Assembly: GCA_965202585.1 (NCBI GenBank)
Contig: OZ241826.1
Span: 23,498,001-23,562,000 of the forward strand
Origin: Thalia democratica
Taxonomy: Eukaryota
Reading direction: 5' to 3'
Length of the DNA: 64,000 bases
Made by a program: the position numbers and the translations under genes. Below the pieces are notes generated by a model that had not been told where the DNA came from, ran no database searches, and saw nothing but the letters and a program-made list of their open reading frames with translations. Position 1 is the stretch's first letter; every line of letters starts with the position of its first letter. Below, one piece after another: positions 56,104 through 64,000 of this stretch.

Positions 56104-59100
56104 AACGGTAAAAAAAGTTTACTGTTACAAAACTTATGAGTTAAAGAGCTTTATAAGAAGTTTGAGTAAACTATAAACCTTTTAAGAAAAATATTAAAAA
56201 TGTAAGTTTATTGCTAAAAATGTATTTTCAAAACAAAAGAATTTAAAAGTATTACTAATACTTTACAAAGTTTTCTCTAAGTAATAATTTTAATATAACT
56301 TAAATCTAAAATAACTACAATAATGTTGTATACTTTTATTAGACTAGTATTAAACGGGAGCTTTAAATTATTTAATCAGTTGTGTTAACTCTTAATTAAA
56401 CTATTTTAAATAACTTCAAAAAGTTTTTAACAACACTTACTACTGGTTAACAGTTTTAATATAATCTATCAGTTGTTTATCTGTATATAATTTTTAAATG
56501 GTTTGGTAAGCCGTTTAAGACTTATAAAAATCTCAAAATAAAATATTCAAATTTGTGTTAAATCTTAAATTTTTTAATATAACTCGCAAAATAAAAACAG
56601 ATTTGGATCATAGAATAGGCTTTTGTAAGAACAACTTTGTTAATTTTTGAAAATACGAGTTTGCTTAGTTGTTTGTAGTTCATTTTTACTGCTTATTTAT
56701 AAACAGCTTAAAGTATAACATATATGTAACAATTCGATTCAGTTTCTATTGATACAAATAGTTTATATAATTATAAAGTTTAAGCTTTTCTCATTCCGAC
56801 TGATTTTACTTACAAAAATTTTTAGTGTGTTGGTTTTACAACTATTTCGAAACTCTTTGTTTATTCTGTCTTTAAGCTCACTTCGTGCGAAAATGAAATC
56901 AACTCTGTTTGAACTTATTATATTACAATTAATGCTACTTGAGTTTTGAGCTGTGTATCTACTAGTACATTTGATTTTAGTATTGTCATTCGATATTTAA
57001 CAAAAAAACAACATTAATGCTGATTATAAATATAAATTTATAAAATTTGATTGAATTTTTTGTATTTAAAAAAAAAAAAACATTTTTTTGTTATAATGAA
57101 AAGTTCAATGCGTTTCAAAAACGTCTTAATCGTGTTTCTGAACTTATTTAAATCTTATACTACCAAATCAAAAATACAGTTCACAAATGTGGGTCTAAAA
57201 CTTTTAGGTTTGATACTTCTTTTGAATATTTTTTTTTTAATGACAGCGTAAAAACTATAAAATTTTTAAAACAAAATAAATAATTGCAAAGGTTCTGTTG
57301 CACTTTATTTATCGGTTGATAGCGAAATAATATATATATTAGAGTAAATCATTGCTGACAGAAAAATTTTAAATAAGGTTTTTAAGATTATCAATTAGGC
57401 TTTTAAAGTTTCAAAAACTTGATAGTAAGGCTGTTATATATGAATTTTAGAACAAAGACATAAAAATCTATCACTTTGTAACTTTGTATTAAACAAATAT
57501 AAGCTGTACAGTTTACAAATATTAAACGCTTAAAAGTATGCAAAACTTATTTTAAGCTTGTGTATTGTCAGACTAATTACTTTTCTTCATATCTCAAAAG
57601 AATTTAAGGTATTGCAAAACTTTTCAAAGCATTAATCATACAACTTAAAACAGCTTTTGAATAGACTAAAATGGCTTATTGCAAGGCTACTTATTTGTAC
57701 TGTAGACTCTTATAACGTGTAAACAGTTTTTGTTAAACTTTTGCAAATTAATAGCGAAAATGTGTTGAAACTAGTTTTCAAATTACGCAATAATGTTTAA
57801 TTGAAAGAGAAATATTTGTTTTAAAAATTGTTTAATTAAATCATCACCGACAGGAAATTATTAACAAGGTTTTTATACATTGATAATTAGTGTTTCAAAT
57901 GTAAGTAATTAGATTTGTGGTTGCTTAAGTGCTAACTTTTGAGAGTGTAAAATTTTGTTCAAAAACGATTGTACCGATTGTTTTACGTTACACTTAATTT
58001 CTAAATAATTATTTTGAATTATTCTAATTTAAAAGCTTTTATTTCTACAAAACTTCAATAATTTAGGTAATTAAAAAACTGTAAAATTTAAGTCATATTG
58101 AAAATTTTAAGCTCTTTTATATTATTTTCAAGACACGTGTAATTATGAAACTTAAAAAAAACAAGTTATTTTCCTCGAATTAGAATTTTAGATAAACTGC
58201 TAAAATGATATGATGATTGATAAACTTAAAAATGGTTTTAAGTCTCATATTTTTGAACACATAAATCTGATGGACTGTAATTAATACAGCACAACATTTT
58301 ATACTACAAGTTTTTTTTTATAATGTAAAATTTGTCTTAATAAAAACTTTTCTCACATATATTATTGACTAAATTATATACACAAGTGATTTCAGGTTTG
58401 TTTCTTTTAAAAACAGAGTATTGCGTTTAGTATAACTTAACTATTTTAGCTTAAATACCAATACATTATTTGAAAATGTGTGTTTACTTTGTTATTCAAG
58501 TTTTACTGTTTGATAAGAATATTTAAACAATCTTATTTAAAATAAAACATTACATTAGTGCAAGTAAGTACTTTTTTTGGTGATCAGTTGTTAACACTAT
58601 TAATTATAATGATCATATTAAGAAAAAAAGCTTCTCTTTACAAAAATTGAGTTTCGAAATGTTATCTGACACAATATTGTAAACAATAGATTTGTTTAAA
58701 TTATATGATAAAAAATCATAAGTATGGTTAGCTTACTTTGTAAATTTACAAGTTTATTAACTAGTGAATATTTTAATCAAACAGTTAGTTCTGATAATAT
58801 AATAAGATATTGTTAGCTTATGTCAAAATTGATAAATTTGTTTTACTGACTAAATTATATAATTTATCCATTATTCGTTAATTGTTATTGTCTGTTTAAA
58901 AAAAACGTGTTTAAAAAGTAACGCAATTAATAGAATATACGTATTTAACTTTTATTTTTTTCTATATAACCTTGACTCTGACAAATTTAAATATGGTTGT
59001 TTGTAATTTTCTTTTATTAGTATTGTTTATTATCACTTTTGTAACAGTTTATGGGCTATATAAAAATTTGCTTTTAAATTAACATGTTTTATTTAGCACC

Positions 59101-59427
59101 AATAACTAAGCCACATATTTAAACTTTTTAAAAAACTTAATTATACTTCAGCAAAATAATTATCTGTTTTTTTGGTTCCTAATCTAATTCAAAATTAATC
59201 TTTTGTTCTGTTTCTAGAACATTTTTTTGTTCATTAGCTGAATACATACTTTTTGATTGTAGTTACCTCATAGCTGACAGTTAATTTCCAAATAAGGATT
59301 TAAAGAAAACATTGAATATGTAAGAGAATATAGTACTTTGACTTGTGGTTAACTCTAAGTGATTTTGGGCTGAATACACCGATTAGTAGTAAAACGTATT
59401 AATGTTTAATCTAAGGTTTGAAATACA

Positions 59428-59640
59428 ATCGTCAGACCACACACCCTCGGTAAACTGAGGTTTTGTTGTTACTTCGTCATGACTGACGACTTTGAATAAG
59501 CACGAAACTCAGGTCTCAATCCACCGAAAGCTTGCGGTCTGATGATCGAATTGGTATGATCAAACCTTATGTTAGCTTGAGCTTTTCTAACGTTATACGA
59601 AAATAAGGGATAGGCTATGCAGACTTACGCTGACGTTTTC
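59428..59640 (-). mobile_element. Dispersed repeat homologous to 12864-12978, family unassigned
   Basis: cttgcggtctgatgatcgaattggtatgatcaaacc...ttgagctt...tgcagactt aligns to the reverse complement of 12864-12978. Confidence 0.7.
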
Positions 59641-61440
59641 TTTGAAGTTAAACATACAGGAACTTTTGGAATACACTTGATTCTTTAAAAGTTTGAAAGC
59701 GATATTTGGAAATAACTTCAAAAACTGAATATACTATTTTGTTATTATGTATATATTTTTTACATTTTGCTTAAAACCAAAAATTTGTGTGTACTAAAAT
59801 ACTTTTCTTGAACACAATGTATTACATTTAAGACTCGCACTACCTTACAAATAAAAAATGCAACCCACCAAAATAAAACGCTCCCAATAAATTGTTTAGT
59901 CTTTCTTACTTGTGTTCTATAAACTAACGACTTTGAAAAGCATTAGTGTATTGAATTGTCAAAGGTTAGATATGAACAGTGACATATAGAAGAATTTTTA
60001 AAAGTAAGTTTTGAACTTAATGGAGCCACCAATCAAAAATTTTTGAATTTCTACAATAACCTTTTGCTTTTTAAAAATAATATTAAGGTCTTACCTTGAT
60101 TATTTAAGAATTGCAAAAAGTTGTGGCTTTGTATTACTTAAGTTAAAGCTGCATAACTAAGTATAACAAATTCTAAAAGATTAAAAGTTTTAAGATTTTC
60201 GTTGACAGATAAGTATTGTAGACGTTTAAAACGTGATATTATTTTTTAAACTTTGTCAAACTAAAAATACACTTGTGAAATTTATCCTCTAAATTTTTAT
60301 TTTACTTTTAAGTTATTTTATTATATAGCAATCATAAATTCAATCATTCTTGACAGAAAAATGTAAAATAATATTTTTAAAGGTTGCTAATCAATTTTTA
60401 AAAAAGTGCATAACACGATTAGTGGTTATCTTAAAACTGACTATGAGAAGGTGTTGAAATGTTTTTGGTACAAGAAAAATATAATATGTCAAATAACACT
60501 ATGTTTTACACAAGCTCTTTTGGAGATTTCCTAATTAAATTTTTAAAACTAATTATTAACTTTACTATTACCAGTTTTAAATACAAATGTGCAGATAAGT
60601 TTAGGTAACATGTGAAAGTTTTATTTAAAAAAAAGTTAATTTTTGTGGTGACATTAAACATTGTCAAAAGTATTAGACAGCTCGATAAGCTTTAAAACTA
60701 CTTTAAACTCTATTGTTTGAATAAAAGATATTTATTTTGTGAATTACCGTCAAATCTTCAATAATAACATCAAAGTTTATCCTAAAAGTAATTTAAATCT
60801 CAACATAATTTTTCAAATAAGTTTTAAAAGTACTCACAAATTTTAAACTAAATTTATTTAAAGTCTAAATTTTAAAAACTTCGTCAGTAATAGCTAATAA
60901 TACGACTAACGCATAAAGAATTTAGCAACTAACTATCTTTTATGAAATAGTTTACAACATGTTCTATGTTGTTGACTACTTTAAATTGGTTACAAATAAG
61001 TAATAAAAACTAATACCAATAAAATGTGAAATTTGAGCTCAACAGGTAATCAATCAATTATTGATACTATTCACAATATTGTATTAGTTCACAATTATGT
61101 ATTAGCAAACGTATCTCAATAAACTGTTATACTTTATATTCTTTAGTATCTGTAAAATCTTTTTATAACAACTTGTAAGTGATAAATGAGTTTTGATCTT
61201 ATCTGTTTGATTGATCAAGTCTTTCAAGTTATATGCAATACAATTGTGCAATAAACATTTTGTTTATTTGAAGTAATTTACAGAAAACTTCAATGATTGA
61301 TTTACTAGTTAGTAAATTCTTCATATGTTAAAACCAAAAGTAAAAGTATGCTTTTACCACAATAGATCTTTAAAAAAAAAAATTAGCAATTGTACTACTA
61401 GTCCCTTGCCACTTAGTATTTAGTACTTAAAACTTTTGAG

Positions 61441-62620
61441 CTTAGAACAAATTAAAGCACTTTTAACATTGTCAAAAAGTTTTTAAAATTTAATCTTGAC
61501 ATAACTTTTAAACATTTTAAAGTTTTAAGGCAACATACGTAGCAACAAAAGGCTTTAATAACGTTAAAGCCACTTATTTTTAGAACTATACCAAATTAAA
61601 AACAAAAAGTTGTTAGAATTTACTTACAAAAATTTTATTGTTTCATATAGGCTAAATAATTGTTTAAATTGTAAAATGAATAATTTTTACAGGAAGTTGT
61701 TAAACAAGGGTTTTGAAAGTTGCTAATTATGTTTTGAAAAATACGTTATCTGATTAAGTGGTTAATTCTAAACTAAGCCTAAAGGTTATTTTATAAGGTT
61801 TAAATAATAATAATATGCAAAAACTTCTCTTAAACTTATCACCTTAGAACAAATTTAAGCACTTTTTCATTGTCAAAAAGTTTTCAAAATTAAATCTTGA
61901 CACCAAATTTTAAACATTTTAAAGTTTTAAGGTGTTTCGCAGCAAGATAAGGCTTTAATAACATTATGCAACTTAACTAAATTTAAACAAAAAAAGTTGC
62001 AAGTTACAAAAATTACGTTGTTTCATGTAATTGTTTTATATTGTAAATTAAATAATTTTTACAGGAAGTTGTTAAATAAGGGTTTTGAAAGTTGTTAATT
62101 AAGTTTTAAAAATACGTTATCTGATTAAGTGGTTAATTCTAAACTAAGCTTAAAGGTTATTTAAAAATACTTTAAAAAAGGTTTAAATAACAAAATGCAA
62201 AAAACTACTCTTAAACTTATCACCTTAGAACAAATTTAAACACTTTTAAACATTGTCAAAAAGTTTTTAAAATTAGATCTTGACAATAACTTTTAAACAT
62301 TTTAAAATTTTAAGGTGTTTCGTAGCAAGATAAGGCTTTAATAACGTTATGCAACATAACTAAATTAAAACAAAAAAAGTTACAAACCTACAAAAACTAC
62401 ATTGTTTCATGTAATTGTTTTAAATTTAAAAATTTATAATTGTTTTAAATTGTAAGTTAAATCATTTTTACAGGAAGTTGTTAAAAAAGGTTTTTAAAAG
62501 TTGTTAATTAAGTTTTGAAAAATACGTAATATGACCTAGTGATTAATTTTAAACTAAGCCCAAAGGTTGTTTGAAAAACTTGAAAAAATACTAATATGCA
62601 ACAAACTACTCTTAAACTGA
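61441..62620. repeat. Three tandem copies of a 380-400-bp unit
   Basis: cttagaacaaatt-aa-cactttt-acattgtcaaaaagtttt starts at about 61441, 61843 and 62224. Shared tttttacaggaagttgttaaa block. Confidence 0.9.
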
Positions 62621-64000
62621 ATTAAAGAATTGTGTAGTTCAGTTTAAAAGTTATCTCTTATGTACACTGTTAATAATCCTAGGATATTATTGACTTCAAT
62701 GATATTGTTTTAAAATCACATATGGTTTAATTAAAGGCAGGTTTAATATTTTACTTTAGAAGTAATGTAATTTAAAGTAAATTTAAGATGTTAAGCTGTC
62801 GAAAAAACGGACAATCAATAATAAAGAAAGAAATATTGTTTAGTGAACTTGTTGGCTTACGAACTGCAATAAGATATAGCTTAATGTTTTTTTTATGACC
62901 GTTCATAACTTTTAACAACAAAATTAATTTCATAGTTATTAAGTTTAATCAATAAATACTAATAAAAAAAACTTTGCAAAATTATTTTTGGTTAATTCAA
63001 ACCATATTAGGGCGCTAAATAAATTGATATGAAAAGAGTATACAAAATAACTTTAAAAAAAATAGTCAATTTTGAACTAAATTTAATTAGCTTGATCTAT
63101 AAGCCTAATTTATGCTAAATTATTAATAACCCTAGTACAAGCTAAACCTTTAGCTAGTATAATACTTTTAAACTTATAGTTTATAAAACTGAGTAAAAGT
63201 TTACTTAATCAAATAAAATTTATGTTTAGTAAACTTTAAACTAATATTAAGAGTGTACACATGATTCGAATTTTCAAAGTAAACTATATTTATATACAAA
63301 CAAAAAAATCTAGAATTGTATTAGTTGTTTTTTGTTTTATAAAACTTGTATTAACCGTATCAGTTACTTTCTCAAACAGTTATCTAAATATAGTCAACTA
63401 AAATATCGTTTAGTTAAAACAACGATAAAAATATTTTTTTTATAAAACTTTATTTTGTTATAAAAGCATACTATGTTTGAATAACCTTATACTTTGGTCT
63501 ATTTACTTATGAATTTAATTTATTTTAGTATACTAATTATTCACAGTTTTTTATTTTCATTGTTCAGTAAGCTTTTCACTCACGGTTTTACAGTTAGATT
63601 ATAGAATATCTAAAACTTGTTTGTTAGAATCTAAATGATTTAAAGATACTACGTTTAAAAAAAAATATTAGTTTAAAGCACAAAAACGTTTGAAACACAT
63701 TAGTTAAGCAACATTTCAACTTCAAGCTTTAATTTTTAATTTTAAAAAACGATAGCTAAAAGTATATTTTATTTTATTTAAGTTCATAATTTTCTATGAA
63801 CTAACTTTCATAGAGAGAACTTTAAAAGTTTATAAATTCATTCTAAATATAAACAATAACAAAACTAAACGTAAACAAAAATCAAAAACTTCGTTTAAAA
63901 ACGTAGGCTGTTATTGTTTATATTTTGACTAAGAAAATGCGTGGAAGTATAATAAAAAGACGTAATTCAAAACAAAACCATTAATAACTTAGTAAGTTTC

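Noticed and set aside
59428-59640. tRNA gene or tRNA-derived SINE
   Set aside because: No convincing A/B boxes or cloverleaf could be identified by eye.
47100-64000. Short F/L/I/K-rich ORFs (54697, 56749, 57051) as genes
   Set aside because: Composition is typical of random AT-rich translation, with non-ATG starts and no homology signal.

Overview
AT-rich metazoan (invertebrate-like) genomic DNA. The species cannot be identified from the sequence. Bases ~640-43900 hold one large minus-strand Pax gene of the Pax2/5/8 (PaxB-like) class. I assembled it by eye from GT-AG junctions with consistent phases. The proximal form has 19 coding exons (ATG 23746 to TGA 637; 2880 nt, 959 aa). A distal alternative N-terminus has three exons at 43.9, 41.0 and 40.3 kb and gives 859 aa. 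The paired domain is split over four exons. No octapeptide or full homeodomain is recognisable, and the C-terminus is long and Q/N-rich. The most unusual feature is a 3.7-kb array of 46-47 copies of a 78-bp unit made from the 3' half of a coding exon plus its splice donor; each copy could form an in-frame 39-nt microexon. Five other exons also have local duplicates of their junctions or coding ends. RFX X-box-like motifs, CRE motifs and paired-domain binding sites recur in GC-rich islands, introns and exons. Three MITEs with 6-7 bp target-site duplications lie at 25-28 kb. The region 47-64 kb looks intergenic, with degenerate repeats and hairpins. All exon models, isoforms and motif calls are manual predictions; no RNA data or database searches were used.
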